In this document: piece after piece, positions 19,001 to 28,930 of the stretch
Numbering within the stretch: position 1 is the first letter of the stretch
Layout of the letters: each line of letters starts with the position of its first letter
Assembly: GCA_947166445.1 (NCBI GenBank)
Contig: CAMVED010000002.1
Coordinates: 6,314 to 70,313, forward strand
DNA length: 64,000 nt
Source: an uncultured Mycoplasmatota bacterium
GTDB lineage: Bacteria; Bacillota_I; Bacilli_A; RF39; UBA660
Reading direction: 5' to 3'
Notes under the pieces: model-generated
Databases searched by the model: none
Seen by the model: the letters and a program-made list of their open reading frames with translations, nothing else
Told to the model about the DNA's origin: nothing
Made by a program: the position numbers and the translations under genes

Positions 19001-20367
19001 TGAGGGTTTATAAGCATATCAAATCTATCAATTATTTCACCATTTTTTAATTTTACTGCTCCGATTTCAATCATTTGATCTCCACCACCAGCATTAAATC
19101 CAGTAGTTTCAGTATCAAATACTACATATGTATTATCTAACAAATTAGAATCATCTTCTCTTAATATAAGATCCAAATCATCATCTATCATAGCAAGTTC
19201 TACTCCGAAAAGAATTTTTATATCTTTTTTAAACTTGGCAGCGGCAGGAAATGTTTGAATTGCATTATGATCAGTAATTGCTATAGCTTTATGACCCCAT
19301 TTTATAGCTCTTTTTATTAAATCTCCTACAGGAATTACTCCATCCATTTGACTCATATTGGTATGTGCATGAAGTTCTACTCTTTTTTCTTCTGACTCAT
19401 CTTTTATGGCATTATCTTCTTTTTCAATAATTTCGATTGTTCTAGCATTTATAATTAAATCATTATAAAAAGTATTATTTTTAACATAGCCACTTATTCT
19501 AAGCCACTTATTCTCTTTAAATTTAGCAAGTACTTCGTCATATTCTTCTTCAGTAGATGCATATACTCTTACATACATGCTGGTAGTAAAATCAGTTACT
19601 TTTAAAGTAAGTGACTTATACTCTCTTTTGTTTGCAGGAACCACTCCAAATATTTGTACTTCTACATTAATATTATCTATTTCATAGCTTATATCATTTA
19701 AACTAGTAATAGCGCCTTTTACTTCTCCGAATAGTTTTCTTGATTTTCTTCGTTCACTATACGATGAACTACTATAATTATTTGACTTATTGGTAAATTT
19801 TAAAGGTTCAGCTTTGGGCTTTATATCTATATTTTTAATCTTTTCATCATCTATTTTCTTCAATGTTTCAATATCGTTTTTAATAACTCTTTCTTTTTCT
19901 TTATTAAATCTAATATTAGGCATAGTGGTAAAACCAAAATTTTTAAAGTGTTTACAAATTGTATCTAGTTTTCGTTTAATAGTTATTTCTTCGGATTTAT
20001 TGTAAACTTCTATAAAAAATTCGTTTTCTTCGCGAACCAGTCTATCACAAAACATATTATAGTATAAATTGTTATTATTAATTAGAATTAATACTCTTTT
20101 ATAATAATCTTCATATAAAGATAAGTCTTCACTATCTACTTTTATGAATAGATTATATTTAAACTTATTTTCTACGAAAGTATTAAGACACTCTAAAAAA
20201 ATACTAATATCATCATAATTAAAATTAGTATTATTCTTTATATATATATTCCAAGTGTTCTTACTCTCTACTACTACAATCTTTTCAAAAACAGCACTAG
20301 AAAAAGAAGAAAATCTATCTTCTGGAAATTTAATTTTAGTAAGTAAATCTTTAATTCTAGTTTCCAT
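16012..20367 (-). CDS. polC: DNA polymerase III PolC-type
   Basis: 1451 aa with a PHP domain, an inserted DEDD exonuclease (VVFDTETTG, HRADYDA), the Zn module CPSCKK...CECG, and the pol core PDIDLNFS. Confidence 0.97.
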   Translation of the reverse strand: METRIKDLLTKIKFPEDRFSSFSSAVFEKIVVVESKNTWNIYIKNNTNFNYDDISIFLECLNTFVENKFKYNLFIKVDSEDLSLYEDYYKRVLILINNNNLYYNMFCDRLVREENEFFIEVYNKSEEITIKRKLDTICKHFKNFGFTTMPNIRFNKEKERVIKNDIETLKKIDDEKIKNIDIKPKAEPLKFTNKSNNYSSSSYSERRKSRKLFGEVKGAITSLNDISYEIDNINVEVQIFGVVPANKREYKSLTLKVTDFTTSMYVRVYASTEEEYDEVLAKFKENKWLRISGYVKNNTFYNDLIINARTIEIIEKEDNAIKDESEEKRVELHAHTNMSQMDGVIPVGDLIKRAIKWGHKAIAITDHNAIQTFPAAAKFKKDIKILFGVELAMIDDDLDLILREDDSNLLDNTYVVFDTETTGFNAGGGDQMIEIGAVKLKNGEIIDRFDMLINPHRKLEKHITNLTHITDEMLEDCPDEEEAVKEFIKWTGDLPMVAHNAKFDASFLEMAYQKYNLGTYKNMLIDTLQLSRALDTEYSRHSLSALVKRYNIEFDEEGHHRADYDADATAKIFHQMLLKLKTKRIEKASEINELVSKEEIHKFGELYHITILVKNLVGLKNLFKLVSYANTKYLYKTPRILRSEVEKHREGLLISSSCSNGEIFTLARSKSDEELSDLMNFYDYIEVQPPEVYSHLIDLSDFNSMSDVEENIKKIISVAKEKNKIVVATGDVHHLDRDDKIYREIIVNQKVPGGGRHPLNRKDIKSIPSMHFRTTEEMLNDFTFLGDETAKEIVVTNTNKISDMIEEFDVIPDTGGIPFSPKFENSQQTIRDICYEKAHSIYGDPLPSEVEDRLESELKGIINGGFDSIYLIAQKLVWKSNDDGYVVGSRGSVGSSFVATMLGITEVNPLPAHYVCPSCKKSIFYYDDGKPFGKDYPSGYDLPDRKCECGSMMRKEGQDMPFATFLGFNADKVPDIDLNFSGDYQAKAHDYTKVLFGEDHVYRAGTIGTVAEKTAFGFVKGYYEDRGIEGIRSLEIERLARGVTGVKRTTGQHPGGIVVVPDYKDIFDFTPYQYPADDINAEWATTHFNYHDIEDCLLKLDILGHDNPTIFKMIHELTGIDPETIPMDDKEVMSLFTSTKALGVTPEQIECEVGCLGLPEFTRFVIGIVLETKPTTFAELVKISGLSHGTDVWNGNAQELVRNNVCPFKETIGCRDDIMVYLSNHGIEPLDAFKIMELVRKGRQKKMKDKWDEYKKLLKDKNIPDWYIDSCDKIKYMFPKAHATAYISAAWRIAWYKINRPIEYYACFFSIKCEAFDLEAMEFGYDKIKERLSELKLKKFGLTPKEQDLITTLEVALEMSARGLKFGSVSLEKSHSKNFVIDGDTLIPPFRAIDGLGEAVANNIITERENKEFLSIDDFQKRSKASSTIVEKMRIMGILKDLPESSQLSLF

Positions 20368-20376
20368 AAATCCCCC

Positions 20377-21222
20377 TTATAGCATTTCAATACTTTCGAC
20401 TGGTAATAGTTTTGTTTTTAGGATAGTTTTCTTATTTTTTATTAAAAATCCTATAAAAGAATATATATCTATTGTCTTAAGTATTTTTTCATATTTGTAT
20501 GCATTTTTATCGAAAAAGATATTATCACGAATCATATATTTTTCAAAATCTTCAAAAGGCACTCCTAAATACATAAGCCAATATGGATATATTTTTTCTT
20601 TAAGCTCTCTCTGATCTTTTTTTCCAATATTATATTTTGATTCTTTACTAACTCTAGTATATAGTTCATTAATTATAGCAAGTTCAGTTACTACTTCTAA
20701 GATATTAGTTTCATCAGTTTTTAATTTTAATATTTCATTTTTTATAATTTTGTACATTAAATATGATAAAAAATTATCTTTATCTCTAGTAATTATTTTT
20801 TTCCCTATAGTAATGGTTTTGGACTCAAAATCTGTTTCTACTATATCTAGACTGGGATGAACAACGCATACTTTATATTCATTTCTTATGTTAAACTTTA
20901 ATATTGAAGTTATTTCTTTTGCATATTTTCTTCTGTTTTGATCCCAAATTTCTAAAATATTGTTTCTATATTTGTTGGTTTCTATTTTTATTTTTTTATA
21001 CAAAGGTGAATTTTCTACTAAATTATAGATAATATCATCATCTGGTATAAAATTGTCTAATTCGTTTAAAATCTCTTGCTTATCTTTATGAACTTGTGAA
21101 TATTCTTTCTTGTGACTAAGCCAAAGTTTTTGTTTAAATCTGTGTATATCTTCACTTACAGCAGACTGATAAAGCAAATGCCAAATAAGTAAATATTTAT
21201 TTACTACTATATCAAGTTTCAT
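20377..21222 (-). CDS. hypothetical protein co-transcribed with polC
   Basis: 281-aa ORF from ATG 21222 (AAGGTGG SD). Its stop lies 9 nt before the polC ATG, and the polC SD GGGGGA sits in its last codons. I recognise no motif. Confidence 0.7.
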   Translation of the reverse strand: MKLDIVVNKYLLIWHLLYQSAVSEDIHRFKQKLWLSHKKEYSQVHKDKQEILNELDNFIPDDDIIYNLVENSPLYKKIKIETNKYRNNILEIWDQNRRKYAKEITSILKFNIRNEYKVCVVHPSLDIVETDFESKTITIGKKIITRDKDNFLSYLMYKIIKNEILKLKTDETNILEVVTELAIINELYTRVSKESKYNIGKKDQRELKEKIYPYWLMYLGVPFEDFEKYMIRDNIFFDKNAYKYEKILKTIDIYSFIGFLIKNKKTILKTKLLPVESIEML

Positions 21223-21240
21223 TATTACCACCTTATAAAT

Positions 21241-21269
21241 ATAATAACATAACTACTAAAACGTAACAA
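21241..21269 (-). promoter_or_regulatory. promoter TTGTTA-17-TATTAT for the orphan-polC unit
   Basis: Minus-strand hexamers at 21264-21269 and 21241-21246, between the dnaE terminator and the orphan ORF. Confidence 0.45.
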
Positions 21270-21290
21270 GAAAAAAGAAGAATTTAGTTT

Positions 21291-21322
21291 AAAAAAACAG
21301 GTAATATAAATATACATTACCT
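21291..21322 (-). terminator. rho-independent terminator of dnaE
   Basis: Stem aggtaat/attacct overlaps the dnaE stop and is followed by gttttttt on minus. Confidence 0.65.
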
Positions 21323-24214
21323 ATCTATTTCAGAACACACTATTTGATATTCATCAAACCTTTTTTCTACTTTACCAAAAACTTTTATTATTTCATTTTT
21401 TTTGAAATGATTATGGGTTTTATAAAGATCTGGGAACACTATTAAGGAAGTACTTCCTGTGTTATCAGAGCCAGTTATAAAACACATGCTTTCTCCTTTT
21501 TTAGTTAAAATTTCTTTAATCCTGTCTATTGATATAATAACATTAACATTTTTATTTAAATGGTTTTTTATATCAGATATATCTATTATATCAGGGTTAT
21601 TAAGCTTAAATTTTTCTGTTTTATGACTAGTTAAATAAAAGCCAAATACTTCTTTTTCATGATTCAATACTTCATCAGATGATAACTCTTCTAGTTTATC
21701 AAGTTCTGGTTTAGGGAGTAAAGAGTCTTCGACATCAAAAGATAAGTCCATATAGTTTAAAATACTATCTAAATTACTTATTAAAGTATTAATGTTTTCA
21801 AAGTTGTCAAAAACATGAGCATATACTAATGATTCTAATACTTTTTTATTATTAGTCTTTTTAAATGTTCTTTTTAAAAAATCATAAATATCAGTGTATG
21901 GTTCATTTCTTTTTTCTACTATATAATCAGAGATTATTTCTCCGACATTTCTAATAGATGAAAAAGGAAATACTATTGCATTGTTGTTAATCATAAATTT
22001 TGTGCTATGGCTTATATTTATGTCTGGAGGTAAAACTTTTATACCTAATTTTTTTACTTCTTGTAAATATTCACTAGTTTTAGATTCACTTCCTACTACT
22101 CCCGATAAAAGTGATGCATAAAACTCTTTTGGAAAGTAGTACTTTAAATAAGCCATTTTGTAAGCTACTATAGAATAAGATACTGAGTGGCTTTTATTAA
22201 AACCATATCCTGCGAACGCCAAAATTAAATTGAATAGTTCTTTACTTTTTTCTTTATCTCTTCCAAGTTTAAGAGATTTTTCAACGAATCTTTCTTCCTC
22301 TGATTTTAAAACATCATATTTCTTCTTACTCATTGCTCTTCTTAATATGTCGGCTTCTGCAAGTGAATATCCAGCATATTCTCTAGCAATTAGCATTATT
22401 TGTTCTTGATAAATTATAATTCCATAAGTGTCTTTTAAAATTGGTTCTAAAACAGGATCTAAATAATTTATTCTTTCTTTTCCTTCTTTTCGTTTTATAA
22501 AGGAAGGGATATTTGCAGCAGGTCCTGGTCTAAATAATGCAATAGCATTACATAAATCTATAAAGTTCTTGGGTTTTAAGTCCTTTAAGAATCTACGCAT
22601 ACCATCTGATTCAAACTGAAATATTCCAGTAGTATCGCCCTTTTCAAAAAGTGTCATGACTTTTGGATCATCAAATGGTATTTTATTGAAATCAAGTTTT
22701 TTTCCTATACTTGCTTCAATCATTTTTATAACATTATCAATAATTGATAAGTTTCTTATTCCTAAGAAATCCATTTTTATTAAGCCAAGCTCTTCCAGGT
22801 AGTCCATAGTATATTCGGTCAAATTTATTTCTTCATTATATTTCACAGGTACAATATCATATATTGGCTTATAACTAATCACTATTCCTGCAGCATGAAT
22901 ACTAGTGTGTCTCTTATTGCCTTCGATTAAATTTACTATGTTATATAATAGTTTTAATTTGTCATCACTTTCTATCAAAACGTTAATTTCTTTATCTTTG
23001 TGTTTTAACTCTTTAAGCGTTCCTTTGAATGGCATTTTTTTGCATATAATATCTATATATTTAGTATTAATAGCAAGAATTCTACCTACATCTCTTACAG
23101 ATGCTCTTCCTCCAAGAGTACCAAATGTAATTATCCCTGCAACATTATTCTGTCCATATTTTTCTTTTACGTATTCTATAACTTCGGCCCTTTTTATGTC
23201 TGGAAAATCCGTATCTATATCGGGCATTGTAATTCGTTCAGGATTTAAAAACCTTTCAAATAACAAATCATACTTCAAGGGATCTACATCAGTGATTCCT
23301 AAACAATAAGAAACCAATGATCCTGCAGCAGATCCACGCCCAGGCCCTACTAAAATGCCATTTTGTTTGGCATATTTGATATAGTCATAAACTACTAAAA
23401 AATAGTTTTCAAAATGCATATTTATAATTATATTAAGTTCATATTCTAATCTGTCAATATACTCTTTAGACACATTATTATTAAGTCTTTTCTTTAGACC
23501 TTTCATACTCAAGTTTCTTAGAAATTCTTTTGGATTGTCTACATCGTATTTTGGCATACACAATTCTTTTTTAAAAGAAACATTACAAGTGTTAGCTATT
23601 TCTAATGTGTTATTAATACTTTTAGAACTTACCATGTCAAAGGCAGTGTTATTGTCATATAAATAGTTATCTTGATAGATAAATTCAAGCCCATCATTAA
23701 TTGTTTTTCCATCCCTAATCATAAATATATATGGTAAGTATCTATACATAGTTTTTTCTAAATATAATGTTTTCTTAATAAATACAGTGTTGTAATTTTT
23801 ATATTCTTCTTCATCTTTTCTATTGGAAACACCAATATATATATCGGTAAAAAGTAGTTTATATTGGTTATATTTTTCTTTGTCAAAACAAACACATATT
23901 AATCCATCTTTATATTTTTTTATGTCTTCAAAAGTAAGTTCTCTATGTTCTTTTATAGTCTCTATTTTTATTAAGTTATAATATCCTTCAGTAGTTTTAC
24001 AATATAATAGTATGTCTTTCAAATCTAGTCCAATAATAGGCTTTATTCCGTTTTTTTCAAATTTTTTATATATTTCCATTGTTCCATATAAATTATCATC
24101 AACTACTGCACAAGAAGTAATGCCTTTTTTCTTTAAAGACTCTACTAAGTCATCTACTTTTATCATGCTAGATAAAAGACTATAATCTGTTTTTACATAA
24201 AGTGGACAATACAT
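21317..24214 (-). CDS. dnaE: DNA polymerase III alpha subunit DnaE
   Basis: 965 aa with an N-terminal PHP domain, GRGSAAGSLVSYCLGIT and PDIDTDF, and no exonuclease insertion. SD is GGGGAGGAG. Confidence 0.95.
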   Translation of the reverse strand: MYCPLYVKTDYSLLSSMIKVDDLVESLKKKGITSCAVVDDNLYGTMEIYKKFEKNGIKPIIGLDLKDILLYCKTTEGYYNLIKIETIKEHRELTFEDIKKYKDGLICVCFDKEKYNQYKLLFTDIYIGVSNRKDEEEYKNYNTVFIKKTLYLEKTMYRYLPYIFMIRDGKTINDGLEFIYQDNYLYDNNTAFDMVSSKSINNTLEIANTCNVSFKKELCMPKYDVDNPKEFLRNLSMKGLKKRLNNNVSKEYIDRLEYELNIIINMHFENYFLVVYDYIKYAKQNGILVGPGRGSAAGSLVSYCLGITDVDPLKYDLLFERFLNPERITMPDIDTDFPDIKRAEVIEYVKEKYGQNNVAGIITFGTLGGRASVRDVGRILAINTKYIDIICKKMPFKGTLKELKHKDKEINVLIESDDKLKLLYNIVNLIEGNKRHTSIHAAGIVISYKPIYDIVPVKYNEEINLTEYTMDYLEELGLIKMDFLGIRNLSIIDNVIKMIEASIGKKLDFNKIPFDDPKVMTLFEKGDTTGIFQFESDGMRRFLKDLKPKNFIDLCNAIALFRPGPAANIPSFIKRKEGKERINYLDPVLEPILKDTYGIIIYQEQIMLIAREYAGYSLAEADILRRAMSKKKYDVLKSEEERFVEKSLKLGRDKEKSKELFNLILAFAGYGFNKSHSVSYSIVAYKMAYLKYYFPKEFYASLLSGVVGSESKTSEYLQEVKKLGIKVLPPDINISHSTKFMINNNAIVFPFSSIRNVGEIISDYIVEKRNEPYTDIYDFLKRTFKKTNNKKVLESLVYAHVFDNFENINTLISNLDSILNYMDLSFDVEDSLLPKPELDKLEELSSDEVLNHEKEVFGFYLTSHKTEKFKLNNPDIIDISDIKNHLNKNVNVIISIDRIKEILTKKGESMCFITGSDNTGSTSLIVFPDLYKTHNHFKKNEIIKVFGKVEKRFDEYQIVCSEIDR

Positions 24215-24424
24215 AACTACTCCTCCCCTATAAATATTTTAGCATATTTAAATTTGTTTTTAAATATACATTTGATTGTTATATTTTTTATTAATTATCA
24301 CATGATACAGACTATTAAATACTGTTATTTTCTTGTTCCCTTTTTTTCATACTTTTTTTGATTTTTTTATACTTTTTTGTAAAAATATGTTATAATTGTT
24401 ATGAATTGATTGTGGAGGGGTATT

Positions 24425-25345
24425 ATGGCTAGTATTATAGCAAAAAAAGAAAAAACTTATAGAACTCCAATTTATGCTGTGTTTTTTATATTATTTGGTG
24501 CAACACTTCTTACAATTTCTATAAAACAAATAAATACATATAGTTATAAAAATAACAATTATATAGGAACTGAGGCAAGGGTTATTAAACACACTTATAA
24601 AAACGGTAAAGTAGATTCTTCAATTTTAGAATATGTTGTTGGTGAAGATTACTATACTACGAGTTCTAATAACAAATTGGATTGTATAAAATCTTATGGT
24701 TCTGTAGTTAATATTAAATACAACCCTAATAATCCTGAAGAGATAATATTTTCTGATAGAAGTATAAATATTGTTTTACCAATTATGGCAATAGTAATAT
24801 TGTCAACTGGACTTTCTATTACTATAGTAATGCTTTCAGATAATATTAGACGTATAAAAAGAGTTTCGAGAATAATTGCAAGTAAAACTAATCAAGCTAA
24901 AGAAAATAATACTAATACTATTACTAAAAATTATGTTGGTTTAAATGATATGATTAATAAAGACTATAATAATAGCAACAATAATAATAACAATAATATC
25001 AATAATAATATTAATAATGGTAATACCACTATTATTAGCAATAACAATGGCAATAGTAATATTAATATTAATGACAATATAGTTAGTACTGATAATAGTT
25101 CTAGTACTAGTATATCAAATGTGGTTGTAGAAACTGATAATGAGGAACAAGTTCAGAAAGAGAAAATCGTGGATGTTCCATTTATATCAAATGATACTTC
25201 TAATCAAAGAATGGTACATCACAAAAATGATAATGCTAATGATAGTATAGATTATATGGAATTTATTTCTGATGTTAATGCTGCCCAAGATACACTTAAC
25301 TTTATTCCAAATGTTGATGTTTTAAAAGAAAAAGACAATAATTAA
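24425..25345 (+). CDS. DUF3592-like membrane protein with a long Asn-rich tail
   Basis: Two TM segments flank a beta-rich segment (GTEARVIKHTYKNGKVD...NIKYNPNNPEEI). Start moved to ATG 24425 (GGAGGGG SD). Confidence 0.7.
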   Translation: MASIIAKKEKTYRTPIYAVFFILFGATLLTISIKQINTYSYKNNNYIGTEARVIKHTYKNGKVDSSILEYVVGEDYYTTSSNNKLDCIKSYGSVVNIKYNPNNPEEIIFSDRSINIVLPIMAIVILSTGLSITIVMLSDNIRRIKRVSRIIASKTNQAKENNTNTITKNYVGLNDMINKDYNNSNNNNNNNINNNINNGNTTIISNNNGNSNININDNIVSTDNSSSTSISNVVVETDNEEQVQKEKIVDVPFISNDTSNQRMVHHKNDNANDSIDYMEFISDVNAAQDTLNFIPNVDVLKEKDNN

Positions 25346-25419
25346 ATGGTTAATAAATAATTTAATTATTGTTTTCTTTTGCTAAAAAAGTGATATAATT
25401 AAATAAAGGAGGAAATAAT

Positions 25420-26178
25420 ATGGAAGAATTTATGCTTGTTATTTTAATATTTGTTGTAATTATAGTTTTAGGATCAATTAAGCAAATCAATCAATATGAA
25501 AGAGGAATTAAGTTTACGTTAGGAAAATTTACAAAAACAATGGAACCAGGATGGAGACTAGTAATACCAGTATTTCAATCATTTAGAAAGGTCGATATTA
25601 GAACAAAAGCTGTAGATGTTCCTGAACAAGAAGCTATCACAAAAGATAATGTATCAGTAAGAATTAATGCTGTTATTTATTATAAAGTTTTTGATGCTTC
25701 GAAAAGTGTGTTAGAAGTTGAAAATTTCTTTTATGCAGTATCTCAACTTGCTCAAACTACTATGAGAAATGTAGTTGGTTCTGTATCACTTGATGAATTA
25801 TTAAGTGAAAGAGATAAGTTATCTACTGAAATATGTAATATAATTGATAAAGCCACTGATCCTTGGGGAATTAAAGTAGAAAATGTTGAACTTAAAGATG
25901 TTTCTCTTCCAGAAGAAATGAAACGAGTAATAGCAAAAGTTGCTGAAGCTGAGCGTGAAAAACAAGCGGTTATTACTAAGTCTATTGGTGAAGTTGAAGC
26001 TTCAAAAAATTTAGCTAAAGCTGCTGAAACTATGGCTAAATCAGATGGCGCTCTTCATTTAAGAACTCTTTCTACTATTAATGATATTTCATCTGATCAA
26101 TCAAATACAATAGTGTTTGCTCTTCCAATCGAAGTATTAAGAGCGCTTGAAAATAAGAATGATAAGAAGAATAAATAA
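25420..26178 (+). CDS. SPFH/band-7 (stomatin/prohibitin-like) membrane protein
   Basis: N-terminal TM segment followed by YERGIKFTLGKF...ITKDNVSVRINAVIYYKV...VELKDVSLPEEM. Confidence 0.9.
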   Translation: MEEFMLVILIFVVIIVLGSIKQINQYERGIKFTLGKFTKTMEPGWRLVIPVFQSFRKVDIRTKAVDVPEQEAITKDNVSVRINAVIYYKVFDASKSVLEVENFFYAVSQLAQTTMRNVVGSVSLDELLSERDKLSTEICNIIDKATDPWGIKVENVELKDVSLPEEMKRVIAKVAEAEREKQAVITKSIGEVEASKNLAKAAETMAKSDGALHLRTLSTINDISSDQSNTIVFALPIEVLRALENKNDKKNK

Positions 26179-26182
26179 TTAT

Positions 26183-26212
26183 AAAAAAAAGATCTTTTTA
26201 GATCTTTTTTTA
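26183..26212. terminator. bidirectional terminator
   Basis: aaaaaaaagatc-ttttta-gatcttttttt lies between convergent genes. Confidence 0.75.
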
Positions 26213-26749
26213 TTCATCATTTGATTTTTTCTCAACAGTCACATCTTTTTCAGATATAATTTCTGAAGCGATATCACTTGACTTGAACGTGAATTTAATA
26301 TTATTTTCTACTACTTGTGAATAGAAGTATATTTCATATATTTCTTTTTTTGTTACATCATATTGAAGTTTATATAAAACTGTTTCGTTCTTTTTTACTA
26401 TTTTTGGATTACTTGTATACTTGTTTGGTATTTGAACTTCATTTATATCATAAAACTTAAAATAATCATCAGGAGTAATTGTGATAGTATTATTAGTTTT
26501 ATTAGTAATTTCAAAAGTTGCTTCTATACCAGTATTGTTGTGAATATAATTAACTTTTTTTAGAGTTATTTCTATTTTGTCTAGATAGCCTGATTCATTA
26601 ATACTATATTCACTTTTTAAAATATGATTACCATCACTATTACTAATTACAAATGATATGAATAATGCAAGTATTAGGAAAATTGCTGCAATGATTACTG
26701 CTCTTTTTTTATCTATTTTTATTTTCTCTTTTTTATTCTTTTCAATCAT
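26210..26749 (-). CDS. hypothetical membrane-anchored protein, beta-rich ectodomain
   Basis: 179-aa ORF with an N-terminal TM segment and no catalytic motif I recognise. Confidence 0.7.
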   Translation of the reverse strand: MIEKNKKEKIKIDKKRAVIIAAIFLILALFISFVISNSDGNHILKSEYSINESGYLDKIEITLKKVNYIHNNTGIEATFEITNKTNNTITITPDDYFKFYDINEVQIPNKYTSNPKIVKKNETVLYKLQYDVTKKEIYEIYFYSQVVENNIKFTFKSSDIASEIISEKDVTVEKKSNDE

Positions 26750-26764
26750 GTTTCACTCCCAATC

Positions 26765-27934
26765 TCATTTTAGTTCTTTTAAATAACTAGTTCCTATCAT
26801 TGGAGGATCTATTTCAAAGTTATCTGCAATAGTAGCTCCAATATCTGCAAACGTATTCATTATTGGTAACATTTTTGGTTCAATAAAGACTCTACTATAC
26901 ATTATAACCGGGGTGTTTTCCCTAGTGTGATCTGTTCCTTTAAATGTTGGGTCATTACCATGATCAGCAGTTATAATAAGTAAATCGTCATTGTTTAGTT
27001 TATTTAAAATCATTGGTATTTCTACATCAAGTTCTTCAATTGCTCTTGCATACCCTTCTACATCTCTTCTATGGCCATATAATGTATCAAAATCATTTAA
27101 GTTTGCAAAGCAAAGACCAGTGAATTTTTTATCCATTATTTCTAATAATTTATCTACTCCATCTTTATTATTGGCAGAACTTACTTTTTTAGTAATTCCT
27201 TTACCATTAAAAATATCATATATTTTACCAATAGAAATAACACTTAGCTTCTTTTCTTCTATTTTTTCTAATATTGATTTCGATGGCGGATCACATGCAA
27301 AATCTTTTCTATTACTTGTTCTAGTAAAATCACTACTATTATTTCCAACATATGGTCTTGCTATTATTCTTCCTACTCTCCACTCATCTTTAGTATTGAC
27401 AAGCTTCCTTATTTTTTCACATATTTCATAAAGTTCATTTAGTGGTATGACATCTTCATGTGCTGCTACTTGTAATACTGAATCAGCAGATGTATAAATT
27501 ATAAGTTCTCCTGTACTCATTTGTCTTTCACCAAGATTTTTTATAATTTCAGTACCGCTTGCTGCAATATTGCCAATTACTCCCCTACCTGAAAACTTTA
27601 CTATTTCTTCAATTAAATCAAGAGGAAAACCATCAGGAAATGTAGGAAATGCATAACTACATCTAACACCTGCGATTTCATAGTGACCTGATAGTGTATC
27701 TTTTCCTTTATTAGTAGGTCTTGCAATTGTATAATAGGCTTCAGTTTCATCATTAGCAGTCATTCCTACTGTATTTAAAAAGCCTAATTTTTTTAAATTA
27801 GGAACAAATAAATTTTCTTTTTCATTAATATGTCCCAAGGTACAAGCCCCAACATCACCATAATTTGAGGCGTCTAATGCTTCGCCTGCTCCTAAAGAAT
27901 CACAAACTATTAAAAATACTCTTTTAAATTTCAT
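26765..27934 (-). CDS. deoB: phosphopentomutase
   Basis: 389 aa with LIVCDSLGAGE at the N-terminus and ITADHGNDPT near the C-terminus. It lies downstream of xerD, as in Bacillus. Confidence 0.95.
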   Translation of the reverse strand: MKFKRVFLIVCDSLGAGEALDASNYGDVGACTLGHINEKENLFVPNLKKLGFLNTVGMTANDETEAYYTIARPTNKGKDTLSGHYEIAGVRCSYAFPTFPDGFPLDLIEEIVKFSGRGVIGNIAASGTEIIKNLGERQMSTGELIIYTSADSVLQVAAHEDVIPLNELYEICEKIRKLVNTKDEWRVGRIIARPYVGNNSSDFTRTSNRKDFACDPPSKSILEKIEEKKLSVISIGKIYDIFNGKGITKKVSSANNKDGVDKLLEIMDKKFTGLCFANLNDFDTLYGHRRDVEGYARAIEELDVEIPMILNKLNNDDLLIITADHGNDPTFKGTDHTRENTPVIMYSRVFIEPKMLPIMNTFADIGATIADNFEIDPPMIGTSYLKELK

Positions 27935-27938
27935 AAAA

Positions 27939-28826
27939 TCACTTCTCCTTACTATTACGAGGATGAAATTCCTGATAATCCTTTTTTACTTTTTCATTTG
28001 ATATATGAGTATATATTTTTGTTGTTGATATATCACTGTGTCCAAGAAGCATTTGAATACTTCTTAAATCTGCTCCACCACTTAATAAATGTGAGGCAAA
28101 CGAATGTCTAAGAGTGTGGGGAGTTACATTTTTTTTGATATTTTTTTCTAATAAAATTTTTTTTAAATTTTTAAAAAAACCTTGTCTAGTCATCTTTCTG
28201 CCGTGGTTATTTAAAAATAAATAATCGTTATCTCCATTTATTAAAAACAAATTGCGATGATTTAAATATTCTTTAAGAAAATGCTTTTCATAATCATTAA
28301 TAGGTACTATTCTTTCTTTTGAACCTTTTCCTATACATCTAATTATATCATTTTCCATATCTACATCTCTAAGCGTTAAAGATATAAGTTCACTTACTCT
28401 GAGACCACTTCCATAAAGAATCTCAAGCATTGCTTTGTTTCTATAATCATACTTAGTAATTAATGGAATATCTAATAAACTTGATACTTCTTCGAAAGAT
28501 AAAGTGTCTGGAAGACTCTTCTTTAATTTTGGTCTGTCAATAAACTCGCAAGGATTATTGTTTATTTGCCTTTCTTTCAAAAGAAAAATAAATAAATTAT
28601 TAATTGAAGTAATATTTCTAGAAATAGATTTAGGATTCATATTGTTTATGCTTTTTAAATATTTTTGAACTGTTTTTTGATCTACTTTTTTTAAGCTTTT
28701 TATATTTTCTTTTTCTAAAAAAGAAAGAAACTTATCTAAATCATATTTGTAATTCTTAGCTGTTTCATTTGATAGTTTTCGTTCATATTTAATGTAATCA
28801 ATATAATTTTCTACCTTTTCTTTCAT
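27939..28826 (-). CDS. xerD: tyrosine recombinase XerD
   Basis: HTLRHSFASHLL...LLGHSDISTTKIYTH catalytic region, plus xerD-deoB synteny. Confidence 0.9.
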   Translation of the reverse strand: MKEKVENYIDYIKYERKLSNETAKNYKYDLDKFLSFLEKENIKSLKKVDQKTVQKYLKSINNMNPKSISRNITSINNLFIFLLKERQINNNPCEFIDRPKLKKSLPDTLSFEEVSSLLDIPLITKYDYRNKAMLEILYGSGLRVSELISLTLRDVDMENDIIRCIGKGSKERIVPINDYEKHFLKEYLNHRNLFLINGDNDYLFLNNHGRKMTRQGFFKNLKKILLEKNIKKNVTPHTLRHSFASHLLSGGADLRSIQMLLGHSDISTTKIYTHISNEKVKKDYQEFHPRNSKEK

Positions 28827-28930
28827 TATATACCTCTTCTTAATTATATCAAATATTCTTTTATTTATAAACTATTTCTTTAATTTTTTCTTATTTTTTG
28901 GTAAAATATTTAGGGAAAGGAAAGATAGAT

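Noticed and set aside
24955-25078. The Asn-rich tract could indicate eukaryotic (Plasmodium/Dictyostelium-like) contamination.
   Set aside because: It lies in frame inside a gene with a bacterial SD and promoter (extended -10 TGtTATAAT), flanked by dnaE and an SPFH gene of clearly bacterial type.
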